A stretch of DNA of 64,000 bases, taken from the NCBI GenBank assembly GCA_030583865.1, contig CP129479.1, forward strand, positions 1,634,819 through 1,698,818, written 5' to 3'. The notes beneath the pieces are model-generated. The model was not told where the DNA came from. It did no database searches and saw only the letters and a program-made list of their open reading frames with translations. The stretch is from Thermodesulfobacteriota bacterium. Lineage in GTDB: Bacteria > Desulfobacterota > GWC2-55-46. The translations under genes were made by a program, and so were the position numbers. The first letter of the stretch is position 1. The number at the start of each line of letters is the position of its first letter. Below are positions 9,340 through 18,069 of the stretch, piece after piece.

Positions 9340-10128
9340 CTATACCGCCTTGTCCTCACTTAAAGACCTGGCATAGCCCTCGTTCCGCTCAATATCCGCG
9401 TTTATTCCCAGAAGCGCAGGGTGCGCCTCCAGGAATTCAAGTATCTTTTCCATGTGGAAAATCCCGCCGTTCGCGCCGATGCCGTCGTATATGGCGTTTA
9501 CGAGCGTCAGGTCCCTCTCGTCGTCCACGGTCCAGCGCATCTTCGAAAGGTCGGTTTCGCACCGTATCTTGCATATCCTGAAAATCGTGTGGTTTTTCCA
9601 GATATACGGGGTCACATGCTCGCGCTCCGAGGAAAGCGCGGCCCGCATATAGGCCTTCTCAAGCGCCTCGAACGAGAAGACCTCGGCGTCGAGCCCGTCC
9701 GGGAAGCTCGGGTCTATGCTTACGTAATCGAGCCCGCCCTCGCCGAACTTCCTTATGGCCCTGTCCACGAGCGCCGGGTCGAGCAAAGGGCAGTCAGAGG
9801 TTATCCTCACGACCGTCCTGGCCTTGGACGCCAGTGCGGCGTAGAAGTACCTGTCCAGGACGTCGTTTACGCTCCCCCTGTGGCAGCACACGTTGTTCTC
9901 GGCGCACCACTCCGCGATCCTGTCGTCCGATCCTTCCTGGGTCGTGGCTACCACAATCTTTTCGACGAGAGCGGAGGCGGCGAGCCTCGTCACAACGTGC
10001 CACAGCATGGGTTTTCCGCCTATCTCCATCATTACCTTGCCCGGGAGCCTGGTGGAGCCCATGCGGGCCTGCACTATCCCCACTACCGGCCCTATTGCCG
10101 CCTTGACGTCCTTATCCGTTATCTGCAT
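9340..10128 (-). CDS. Acylneuraminate cytidylyltransferase-family enzyme (SpsF/FlmC-like, candidate CMP-nonulosonate synthetase)
   Basis: 262 aa. VQARMGSTRLPGKVM..GKPML N-terminus typical of SpsF-type cytidylyltransferases. Overlaps pseI by 10 nt. Confidence 0.75.
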   Translation of the reverse strand: MQITDKDVKAAIGPVVGIVQARMGSTRLPGKVMMEIGGKPMLWHVVTRLAASALVEKIVVATTQEGSDDRIAEWCAENNVCCHRGSVNDVLDRYFYAALASKARTVVRITSDCPLLDPALVDRAIRKFGEGGLDYVSIDPSFPDGLDAEVFSFEALEKAYMRAALSSEREHVTPYIWKNHTIFRICKIRCETDLSKMRWTVDDERDLTLVNAIYDGIGANGGIFHMEKILEFLEAHPALLGINADIERNEGYARSLSEDKAV

Positions 10129-11162
10129 AGGTCCTCGCTCCTTACCGGCATGTCCTTGCGGAGGTCCCTTGCCGCGACGCTCCCTATGACACGCCCCATC
10201 TCTTTTGGCTCAAGCCCGTATGCGTGTCGAACGAGCTTCAATTTCTCCGACGTGACGACCTCGCCTTTCGGTATGTCGGTCTTCGCGTATATGGACCTCC
10301 TTGCGCCGGTCCTCTCGGCCATCTCGTTAGGCGACGGCTTTTTTATGCCGTCGCCGAGCGCCTTTTCGAGGTCCCTTACCCCGGATATCATTGTCCTGAA
10401 CTCCTCGACCTCCATCGCGTACGGGTGGTCGGGGCCCTTAAGGTTCCTGTCGAGTGTCAGATGCTTTTCTACGATCGACGCCCCGAGCGCCACTGCCCCG
10501 AGGGCCACGGTGCTGCCCGGCGTGTGGTCGGATATCCCGACCGGGCAGGCGAACTCCCTCGCGAGCGCGGCCATTGCCCTGATGTTCACGTCCTCGTATG
10601 AAGGCGGATAGAGCGATGCGCAATGCAGCAGCGCCACCTGGTGGTTCTTCTGCCCTGTTACGAGCTCGACCGCCCTCCTTACCTCTTCCATGTAGGCCGC
10701 GCCGGTGGACAGTATAACTGGCTTCCCGAAGGAGGCGACCTCCTCTATGAACGGCTCGTTCGTAAGCTCGCCTGAGGCGAGCTTGAACGCATCTACCCCT
10801 ATCTCGTTCAAGAGCGCGGCCCTTTTGCTCTCGAACGGCGCGGAAAGGAAGGTTATCCCGACCGAGGCGCAGTGCATCTTCAGGATCTCATGCCATTCCT
10901 CCGGAAGCGTAAGCCTCTCCAATACGGGATACGCCGGGTGCGGCGCCCATTTTCCGCTCTCGTCAGGCCTCAAGGGATTAAGTAGCCCCTCTGCCGTAAA
11001 GGACTGGAACTTTACCGCGTCGGCTCCGGCGTATTTCGCCGCTTCTATCAGTTCCCTGGCCCTGCCGAGGTCGGAGTCGTGGTTCGAGCCTATCTCGGCT
11101 ATCACATAGGCCGGGTATCCCGCGCCTACAGGGCGATTTCCTATACTGATGACGCTTCTCAT
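10119..11162 (-). CDS. pseI: NeuB-family nonulosonic acid synthase (pseudaminic acid synthase candidate)
   Basis: IGNRPVGAGYPAYVIAEIGSNHD, DAVKFQ, and a C-terminal SAF-like domain (IPKGEVVTSEKL). I prefer ATG 11162 to the TTG at 11177. Assignment as PseI rather than LegI/NeuB rests on the pseB/pseC/pseG context. Confidence 0.8.
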   Translation of the reverse strand: MRSVISIGNRPVGAGYPAYVIAEIGSNHDSDLGRARELIEAAKYAGADAVKFQSFTAEGLLNPLRPDESGKWAPHPAYPVLERLTLPEEWHEILKMHCASVGITFLSAPFESKRAALLNEIGVDAFKLASGELTNEPFIEEVASFGKPVILSTGAAYMEEVRRAVELVTGQKNHQVALLHCASLYPPSYEDVNIRAMAALAREFACPVGISDHTPGSTVALGAVALGASIVEKHLTLDRNLKGPDHPYAMEVEEFRTMISGVRDLEKALGDGIKKPSPNEMAERTGARRSIYAKTDIPKGEVVTSEKLKLVRHAYGLEPKEMGRVIGSVAARDLRKDMPVRSEDLCR

Positions 11163-11193
11163 GGTCCCGCCTTTCAACCAGTATTCCGCCCTC

Positions 11194-11373
11194 TCAGGCG
11201 GCTTTCCAGGGGTTTCCGGCAGGTTTGCGCACGCCGGCCTTCCCGATATCCTTTTTCTCCGTAAGCTCGCCTTCGCATTCCGGGCACGAGTGCCTTCCGG
11301 ACCTCATCATGTATTCGGCGCCCCATCCGCAGTATTCTTTTTTGCATTTCCCGCACACGTAAGTCGGCATCAT
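11194..11373 (-). CDS. 59-aa zinc-ribbon micro-protein (two CxxC pairs), function unknown
   Basis: MMPTYVCGKCKKEYCGWGAEYMMRSGRHSCPECEGELTEKK... ATG at 11373 is preceded by AAAAAGGGGGTGCGCG (strong SD) directly after the pseC stop. It fills the pseC-pseI gap exactly. In the track it is hidden inside a longer Arg-rich ORF (11194..11697). Confidence 0.6.
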   Translation of the reverse strand: MMPTYVCGKCKKEYCGWGAEYMMRSGRHSCPECEGELTEKKDIGKAGVRKPAGNPWKAA

Positions 11374-11387
11374 CGCGCACCCCCTTT

Positions 11388-12593
11388 TTAAACCGCGACC
11401 GGTCTCTTTGCCTGGACCGAAAGGCAGGCCAGGGACGAAAGGAGCCCCTCGGCAACCGCCCCGGCCTCCTCGTCCGAAAGGAGCGGGTATATGGGGAGGC
11501 TTACCTCCTCGGCGTAGAACCTGAGCGCCCTCGGGAAATCCCCGGGCTTGAACCCCATTGCCCTGTAATATGGCTGCGTATGGACGGGTATGTAATGGAC
11601 CTGCAGGCCTATGCCTATCTCGGACATGAGCCTGAAGAGGTCTTTCCTTTCGACCCCGAGCTCGGAAAAGGGTATCCTTACCGGATAGAGGTGCCACGCG
11701 CTCCTCGCCCCCTCGGGCGCGGAAGGGGGCCTAACGAACGGGTACTTGGAGAAGAGCCTGTCGTAGAGGGCGGCTATGCCGGCCCTCCTCTCGATGAAGC
11801 GGTCGAGCTTCTTCAATTGGCTTATGCCGAGGGCGCAGTTTATGTCCGGGAGCCTGTAGTTGAAGCCGAGGTCCTGCATCTCGTAATACCAGGGGCCCTC
11901 GGCTTTTGAAAGCCTTGCGGGGTCCTTGACGACGCCGTGGCTCCGTAGCGTCTTGAGCTTCTCATAAAGCGCGGGGTCGTTGGTCGTGACCGCCCCGCCC
12001 TCGCCTGTCGTTATGGATTTGACGGGGTGGAAACTGAATACAGTCATGTCCGAATGGCTGCAAGAGCCGACCTTCCGTACCTTGCCTTTCGAGTCGGTCC
12101 ACCCGGCCCCGAGCGCGTGGCAGGCGTCCTCTATGACGATAAGGCCGTGCTTGATGGCGGCCTCACGTATCTCCTCCATGCGGCACGGGACCCCAGCGAA
12201 ATGGACCGGCACGACCGCCTTTACGGCCCTGTCTTTCGCGGCCTTTCTCCTCAAGCTTTCGGGGTCCAGGTTCATGCCGTCCGCCTCAATGTCGGCGAAG
12301 TCGGGCCTCGCGCCGGCGTATAGCGCGGCGTTCGCCGAGGCGAGAAAGGTTATCGGGGATGTCACGGCCTTGTGCCCCTCGCCGAGCCCGGCGGCCTTCA
12401 TCGCGAGATGGAGCGCTGCGGTCCCGTTCGAGCATACGACCGCGTATCTTGCGCCGGTGTATCCGGCTATCTCCGCCTCGAAGGCCTCGACGAGCGGGCC
12501 CTGGGTAAGCATGCCGTCGAGGGACTTCGCGACCGCCTCTATGTCGGAAAGGTCAATTGTTTGCCGCCCGTAGGATATGGCTGTCTTCGCCAT
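11388..12593 (-). CDS. pseC: DegT/DnrJ/EryC1-family PLP aminotransferase (PseC-type UDP-4-keto-6-deoxy-sugar aminotransferase)
   Basis: ISYGRQTIDLSDIEAV, TQGPLVEAFE, NGTAALHLA, and SFHPVKSITTGEGG (PLP lysine). Confidence 0.88.
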   Translation of the reverse strand: MAKTAISYGRQTIDLSDIEAVAKSLDGMLTQGPLVEAFEAEIAGYTGARYAVVCSNGTAALHLAMKAAGLGEGHKAVTSPITFLASANAALYAGARPDFADIEADGMNLDPESLRRKAAKDRAVKAVVPVHFAGVPCRMEEIREAAIKHGLIVIEDACHALGAGWTDSKGKVRKVGSCSHSDMTVFSFHPVKSITTGEGGAVTTNDPALYEKLKTLRSHGVVKDPARLSKAEGPWYYEMQDLGFNYRLPDINCALGISQLKKLDRFIERRAGIAALYDRLFSKYPFVRPPSAPEGARSAWHLYPVRIPFSELGVERKDLFRLMSEIGIGLQVHYIPVHTQPYYRAMGFKPGDFPRALRFYAEEVSLPIYPLLSDEEAGAVAEGLLSSLACLSVQAKRPVAV

Positions 12594-13566
12594 CGGAGAA
12601 CTCCTGTATTATTTTCCGTATCTCAAGGACGTTCAGCACGCTGTCGTTCCTCTCGCTCGAGTAGACGAAGCCCTCGGTCACCGGCCTTCCGCCGTTCTTC
12701 CTTTCCTCCCCCCACCACTTGAACTGCGGCTGTATGACATAGTAGTCGTCGTATTCGAGGGTGAGCCTGCCGTCGTCCTCGGATATGAGCGTCTCGTGGA
12801 GCTTCTCGCCCGGACGTATGCCCACGACCTCTACCGAGCAATCGGGGGCCACCGCCTTCGCGATCTCCGTTATCGCGGCGCTCGGTATCTTCGGGACGAA
12901 TATCTCCCCGCCCTTCATCCTTTCGAGGGAGGCGAGCACGAACTCGGCGCCCTCGTCGAGGGTAATCCAGAACCTCGTCATCCTGGTGTCGGTTACCGGG
13001 AGCACGCCCTTCTCCTTGAGCTTCAAAAAGAGGGGTATGACGCTTCCGCGGCTCCCGACGACGTTCCCGTAACGGACCACAGAGAACCTCGTGGGCTTGG
13101 AACCTGCATATGAATTGCCCGCTATGAAGAGCTTGTCAGAGCAGAGCTTTGTCGCTCCGTAGAGGTTAATGGGGTTTGCGGCCTTGTCGGTCGAGAGCGC
13201 GACCACCTTTTTGACCCCCAGGTCCACGCATACGTCTATGACGTTCTGAGCGCCGAGGACGTTTGTCTTTATCGCCTCGAACGGGTTGTATTCGGCCGCC
13301 GGGACCTGCTTGAGGGCCGCCGCGTGGACGACGTAGTCGACACCGTCGAAGGCCCTGTAGAGCCTCTCCTTGTCCCTTACGTCGCCTATGAAGAACCTCA
13401 AAGAGGGATCGTTGAACGACTGCATCATCTCCGACTGCTTGAGCTCGTCCCTGCTGAGTATTACGAGCCTTTTGGGCCTGTACCTCGAAAGTATCTTCCT
13501 TGTGAGCTTCTTTCCGAGGGAACCCGTGCCGCCGGTGATGAGTATGGTCCTGCCGTTCAAGTCCAT
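12553..13566 (-). CDS. pseB: UDP-N-acetylglucosamine 4,6-dehydratase (inverting), PseB/FlaA1 type
   Basis: ILITGGTGSLGKKL, RFFIGDVRD, HAAALKQVPAAEYNP, YGATKLCSDKLF, FSVVRYGNVVGSRGSVIP. Near-textbook PseB. Confidence 0.92.
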   Translation of the reverse strand: MDLNGRTILITGGTGSLGKKLTRKILSRYRPKRLVILSRDELKQSEMMQSFNDPSLRFFIGDVRDKERLYRAFDGVDYVVHAAALKQVPAAEYNPFEAIKTNVLGAQNVIDVCVDLGVKKVVALSTDKAANPINLYGATKLCSDKLFIAGNSYAGSKPTRFSVVRYGNVVGSRGSVIPLFLKLKEKGVLPVTDTRMTRFWITLDEGAEFVLASLERMKGGEIFVPKIPSAAITEIAKAVAPDCSVEVVGIRPGEKLHETLISEDDGRLTLEYDDYYVIQPQFKWWGEERKNGGRPVTEGFVYSSERNDSVLNVLEIRKIIQEFSDGEDSHILRAANN

Positions 13567-13620
13567 GAATAAGCTCTCCTTGAGGTTTTAAGGTGCGGGT
13601 TGATCTCGCAATAGGTACTT

Positions 13621-13636
13621 AGCAATATGCGTGCCA
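13621..13636 (-). promoter_or_regulatory. sigma54 (-24/-12) promoter upstream of pseB
   Basis: Minus strand reads TGGCAC-GCATA-TTGCT (GG-N10-GC). The motif ends 55 nt upstream of the pseB ATG, which has an AAGGAGAG SD. Confidence 0.75.
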
Positions 13637-13855
13637 CATTAAAGAGATAATGCCTGCTTTAAATAAAACTAGCAAAAACAGGGCATTAGAATGAGCAGCA
13701 GAAGCTGTGGGCTGGTTTGAGGCAGGTTCGGGACAGTGAAAGTCAAATATCTGACAAGGCCGGTGATGAATAGGGAAAAGATTTCCCGGTCAATAAACCT
13801 CTTTCCGGAAAGGCAGTTGCGCGGGCTGACCGGGAAAAAGGGACTTCTTCCCGGG

Positions 13856-14314
13856 TCAGACCTTGATCGGGAAGTTGGAAGGGTAATCGTCCCTGTCTAT
13901 GACGCACTGGATGGCGTTCATGCTCTCGGCGTTGAAAACGACCGGGCCCTTGAGGTTCAGGCTCAACTCCCTCGCGTCGCGGGCAACGCAGACCATAACA
14001 AGCGTAACAAGCCCTTCGGGGCTTTCCGCCCCAAGCTTCTCCATCTCCCATTTCTTGAGCGGGACCGAGTAGCCGGGCTTGAAGGCGCTCGGGTCGGTAA
14101 GGAGAAAGGCCACTCCCGGGTCGTCGATCGACTGCATCCACCTGAACGTGCCCTGTTCGTCGTGGTCGATGATTATGAACCTCCTGAGCCTTTCGAAACC
14201 AGGCATGGCCTGTACGAACCTGATGACCTTGTTCTCGGGGACCGATATCTCGCCGAAGCGGGAAGTCGAGAAGCTTATCGCGGACGAAGGGGCCTTCACC
14301 GTAGCAGTGATCAT
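13856..14314 (-). CDS. fliW: Flagellar assembly factor FliW
   Basis: 152 aa. [51 protein letters not shown]-type overlap with csrA. Confidence 0.9.
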   Translation of the reverse strand: MITATVKAPSSAISFSTSRFGEISVPENKVIRFVQAMPGFERLRRFIIIDHDEQGTFRWMQSIDDPGVAFLLTDPSAFKPGYSVPLKKWEMEKLGAESPEGLVTLVMVCVARDARELSLNLKGPVVFNAESMNAIQCVIDRDDYPSNFPIKV

Positions 14315-14538
14315 TTTTTCCTGAATCCTTTCAATTTATCAGCCACTTCGCTCGGAAGCCCGGCGGCTTTCACGTTCGTTTCCTGTATCCTCAGGTATAT
14401 CTCCTCGCGGTGCACCGCGCAGCTCTGCGGGGCCTCTATCCCGAGCTTTACATGGTTGTCCTTGACCTCTACCACGACGAGCTTTATGTCGTCGCCGATC
14501 CTTATCCCCTCTCCCGACTTCCTTGTCAGTACCAGCAT
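14311..14538 (-). CDS. csrA: Carbon storage regulator CsrA (FliW-partnered type)
   Basis: [48 protein letters not shown]. Confidence 0.95.
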   Translation of the reverse strand: MLVLTRKSGEGIRIGDDIKLVVVEVKDNHVKLGIEAPQSCAVHREEIYLRIQETNVKAAGLPSEVADKLKGFRKK

Positions 14539-14595
14539 GGCGCCCTCCCTGGCTTACCTTTTTTTTCGGGGACGGTGCCCCGGTTTATCCTATTT

Positions 14596-15024
14596 TCACG
14601 CCGCCGGCCTCAATCTGTCAAGGAGGCTGTAAAGCCCCCGGTCCTCGCGCTCTATCATCTTTGCCATAACGTAGAAAAACATTCTCGTCTCATACATGAA
14701 CCCCACGGGGTTGGCCCGTATCGAGCCCGGGTCGCCCCACTTGAGCCTGTAGGCCGTAAAGGACGCGAGCGTAATCTCCATATCGTCGATGAACCTGCAG
14801 GCGTCGGCCCTGTGCGACTCCCCCATTCTCCGGGAAAGGGCCTCCTTGAGCGAATCGACCTCGGACTCGACGTGCACCGAGAGTTTTCCCGAGAGGCGCG
14901 ACAGCCGTTCTGCAGCCCTTTCTGCTTCGGTCCTGAGAGCCCCGGCGCTAAGGGACTTCACAAGCCCCGCTATCTCCCTCAGGAGTTCATTGTGCTGCCT
15001 TCTCAGGCTTTCCGAGGTTGCCAT
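14596..15024 (-). CDS. Hypothetical helical protein, weakly hemerythrin-like
   Basis: 142 aa with genome-typical codon usage, lying between flgL and csrA. Spaced His/Glu (RRQHNEL, SVHVESE, GESH, IEREDRGLY) recall an HHE cation-binding four-helix bundle, but the last motif is degenerate. Confidence 0.5.
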   Translation of the reverse strand: MATSESLRRQHNELLREIAGLVKSLSAGALRTEAERAAERLSRLSGKLSVHVESEVDSLKEALSRRMGESHRADACRFIDDMEITLASFTAYRLKWGDPGSIRANPVGFMYETRMFFYVMAKMIEREDRGLYSLLDRLRPAA

Positions 15025-15041
15025 GCCCGCCCCCGGCTTAC

Positions 15042-15926
15042 TCAGCGCAGGTAATCGAATATGCTGAGGCTGAAGACCCTTCCGGCGGACGCGAGCGCGG
15101 CCTGCAGGGCCACCTCGCCCGCCTTGAGGTCGGTTATGAGCTCCGCCATGTCCGCGTCCTCAAGCACCGATACGGTCGACTGGAGCTCGAGCTTGTAGAC
15201 CGAGAGGTCCTGCTCGGCGGCGTTGAGCCGTGTGACCCTGCCGCCTATGCCGGATACTCCCTTTGAGAGCTGCGCAAACCCGGCATCGAGGCCGTCGATG
15301 GCCGCGCGCACGCCGTCGCCGTCGTCGGCTGCCAGGGCTGCGGAAAAGGCCGCGACGGTAGCCATTATGTCCGTTCCGCCGCCGCTGCCTCCGAAGACTT
15401 CTCCGCCGTTAATAGCCATGTCGACCGAGGCCGACGAGCCTATCTTTATCGCCTGCACGTTCGAGTCGCCCTGAAAAGCGCCCGAAGGGTCGAACGCCGG
15501 CGAGTCGGACCTGTATCCAGCGAAGATATACCTGTTGTCGAACCTGGTGTTCCCTATGCTTACGAGCTCGTCGAAGAGGTTGTCGACCTCCGCCTTTATC
15601 ATCTCCCTGGTCTCGGAGGTCGCGGTGCCGCTGGCGGCAGTGACCGCAAGCTCCTGGAGCCTTATGACCGCGTCCTTGGCCCTGTCCAGCGCCTGCTCCG
15701 TGATCCCCAGGTGCGAAAGGGCGTAGCCTATGTTCCTCTCGTACTGGCCGAACTGGGATATGAGGGACTTGGAGGTCAGTATCTTGTGCGCGTTCACCGG
15801 GTCGTCGGAAGGGGCGTTGACCTTCCGGCCCGACGAAATCTGCTTGTTTATGTTGTATATCTTCTCCTGGCGAAGGAGGAGGTCGCTTACGTACCTGTCA
15901 TATGAAAGCTTCTGGGTGACCCTCAT
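15042..15926 (-). CDS. flgL: Flagellar hook-associated protein 3 FlgL
   Basis: MRVTQKLSYDRYVSDL..ISSGRKVNAPSDDPV flagellin-N-like start, conserved C-terminal helix. Confidence 0.9.
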   Translation of the reverse strand: MRVTQKLSYDRYVSDLLLRQEKIYNINKQISSGRKVNAPSDDPVNAHKILTSKSLISQFGQYERNIGYALSHLGITEQALDRAKDAVIRLQELAVTAASGTATSETREMIKAEVDNLFDELVSIGNTRFDNRYIFAGYRSDSPAFDPSGAFQGDSNVQAIKIGSSASVDMAINGGEVFGGSGGGTDIMATVAAFSAALAADDGDGVRAAIDGLDAGFAQLSKGVSGIGGRVTRLNAAEQDLSVYKLELQSTVSVLEDADMAELITDLKAGEVALQAALASAGRVFSLSIFDYLR

Positions 15927-15937
15927 CTTACCGCCTC

Positions 15938-17575
15938 CTATCTGATGCTGAGGAGCGTTTCAAGCATCTGGTCCACGGTCGACATGACCTTCGCGGCCGC
16001 TTCGTATGCCCTCTGGAGCTTAACGAGGTTTATGGCCTCCTCCTCTATGGAGACCCCGGAGACCGAGTCCCTGGCCGCCCGGAGCTCGGACATGTATATC
16101 TTCTGGGCCTCGGCCCTGGCCTTCGCGTTTCCGGCGCTGGTCCCGAGGTCCGTTACCACCCTGTTGTAGAAGTTCCCGAACGAGGCGCCGCTTATCGAAG
16201 CCTTGTCCCTCAGCCCGGCAAGCTCCGTGGCGTTCGTGTTGTCGCCGGGGACGCCCGCGGACGTGGAGGAAGCCGCGACCTTGTCAGGGTCCGTTACCGC
16301 CACCGAGAAATTCCTGGCAGCGCTTTCGGTCGCGCTTACCATGAACTTGTCCCCTGCCGCCGGAGGGCGGGCGCCGTCGGTTATGGTGACGCTCAGGCCG
16401 TCGAAGCCAATGGTGGAGCCCGAAGTGTAAGCGCCTGTCGCGACTACGCTATTCTGCCCTGCATTGAATACCGTATACGCGCCGGGCCCGGAAAACCGTA
16501 TCTCGTAGTCGTCGAGCGTAAGCTGGCTTAAGTCGGTGACGGCCCCCGCGGATATGACCGCGCCGCCCTGGTTCGTGCCTGCGGACCGAGTGGACACGGA
16601 AAGTGGTGTAAAGAAATCGACCCCTGTCGAGCCGTCAAGGCCCCATCCGGCCGAGTGCTGCAGGTTGACCTCCTTTACGAGCGATGCCGCGAGGAGGTTT
16701 ATCTTCGAGTGGGCGTCCTTGAAATACGCGTATCCGTCGATATCTCCCTTTATGCTGCCGCTCGATATCCTCGACTCGATCGATGCGCCGTTCAGGTAGA
16801 GCTTGAACGCGTCAATGGAGTCAGGGTCGGTCCCTGCCGTCATCTCCGAGCTCTTTACGCCGGCTACTATGAACGAGCCGCCGAGGAATACGTCTACCTG
16901 GCCCTGGTCGTTCTCCGCTACCGAGACGTCCACGACCTTCGCGAGGCCCTCAAGGAGGACGTCCCTCCTGTCCCTTAGGTCGTTGGCGTCCATGCCTGAA
17001 AGCTCGGTGGCCGATATCTGCTGGTTGAGGCCCGCTATCTCGGAGGCTATCCCGTTTATCTCGCTTACCTTGGCCTCTATCGAGCCCCTTATGTTGGAGA
17101 CGTTGTCCCTTATCGCGCCGTCGATGGAATTTATCGTGTCGGCGAGGACGGTGGCCCTCGCTATCAGGGACGACCTCTCGCCGTAGGACGACGGATTGGC
17201 CGCGAGCTCCTGGAAGGCGTTGAAAAGGGCGTCGAGCCTGGAGCTCAGGCCCGAGCCGTCGAAGTCGTTCAATATCGATTCCAGGGCATACAAGTGGCTG
17301 CCCGCGGTCTCGTAGCTGGAGAAAAGCGACACCGCGCTCCTCAACTGGACCGTCCGGAAGGAATCGTAGACCCGCTCTATGGCCGTGACGCTTACGCCGG
17401 TGCCGTACTGGAGGCCTCCGAAGGTCACGGGGTTGTTCGCCGAAAGCACGGCCCGCTGCCTGGTATACCCGTCGGTGTTGGCGTTCGAGATGTTGTGGGA
17501 TGTGACGTTCAGGGCCTTCTGGCTGGTCATGAGGGCCGATTTGGCTATGTTGAAGACACCGTTCAGGCTCGACAT
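15938..17575 (-). CDS. flgK: Flagellar hook-associated protein 1 FlgK
   Basis: GVFNIAKSALMTSQKALNVTSHNISNANTDGYTRQ and C-terminal VSIEEEAINLVKLQRAYEAAAKV. Confidence 0.93.
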   Translation of the reverse strand: MSSLNGVFNIAKSALMTSQKALNVTSHNISNANTDGYTRQRAVLSANNPVTFGGLQYGTGVSVTAIERVYDSFRTVQLRSAVSLFSSYETAGSHLYALESILNDFDGSGLSSRLDALFNAFQELAANPSSYGERSSLIARATVLADTINSIDGAIRDNVSNIRGSIEAKVSEINGIASEIAGLNQQISATELSGMDANDLRDRRDVLLEGLAKVVDVSVAENDQGQVDVFLGGSFIVAGVKSSEMTAGTDPDSIDAFKLYLNGASIESRISSGSIKGDIDGYAYFKDAHSKINLLAASLVKEVNLQHSAGWGLDGSTGVDFFTPLSVSTRSAGTNQGGAVISAGAVTDLSQLTLDDYEIRFSGPGAYTVFNAGQNSVVATGAYTSGSTIGFDGLSVTITDGARPPAAGDKFMVSATESAARNFSVAVTDPDKVAASSTSAGVPGDNTNATELAGLRDKASISGASFGNFYNRVVTDLGTSAGNAKARAEAQKIYMSELRAARDSVSGVSIEEEAINLVKLQRAYEAAAKVMSTVDQMLETLLSIR

Positions 17576-17577
17576 GC

Positions 17578-18063
17578 TCAGGCCCCCTTGCTCAAGCGCG
17601 AGCCCTTGAAGGCGAGCTCTTCGGCCTTGCCGCCGGGCCTGTACGCGCTCGGCTGAAGGAAGTTGCCCAGGAACCCGAGGGTCTTCTTGACGTTGTCGAG
17701 AGAGCTCCGGATCGCCAGGCTGTTGAGGTCGTTAAGCTCCTTTATGCTCGCCGCGAGCGACGCGAGTGTTTTAAGGCACCCGTCGAGCTCGGCCCCTAAC
17801 TCGCCTCCATGCCTCACTATGCTTTCGAGCGCGGGTCCGTCGTCGCACTGAATGCCGAGAGAAGCGCATGCATCCTCTATGCGCTTTACCCTCGCCGCTA
17901 CGGAGGCGTCGATCTTTCTTACGAGCCCTTCTTTTTCACCCGCTGCCTCATAGAGCGCCTTGTAGTCCCTCGCTACTATGGACTCCGTCTCCCTGTGGAG
18001 AACGGCTATGAGCTCCTTGCAGAGCCCTATCTCTTTTTTGAGGTGTCCTATGAGCCCGTCCAT
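17578..18063 (-). CDS. flgN: FlgN-family flagellar export chaperone
   Basis: 161-aa helical protein immediately between flgM and flgK. LCKELIAVLHRETESIVARDYKAL is FlgN-like. Confidence 0.7.
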   Translation of the reverse strand: MDGLIGHLKKEIGLCKELIAVLHRETESIVARDYKALYEAAGEKEGLVRKIDASVAARVKRIEDACASLGIQCDDGPALESIVRHGGELGAELDGCLKTLASLAASIKELNDLNSLAIRSSLDNVKKTLGFLGNFLQPSAYRPGGKAEELAFKGSRLSKGA

Positions 18064-18069
18064 ATCATC

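Noticed and set aside
13781-13855. Palindrome ctttccggaaag and the GGGA-agaag-TCCC-TTTTT hairpin after fliW as terminators
   Set aside because: The stems are only 4 bp and mostly weak. I cannot support a terminator call, and read-through into the pse operon remains possible.
14545-14585. GC hairpin (ccggggcaccgtccccg region) with an adjacent homopolymer run between the 142-aa gene and csrA, considered as a terminator
   Set aside because: On the coding (minus) strand the run after the stem is A8, not T. It therefore does not form an intrinsic terminator for these genes, and no plus-strand gene needs one.
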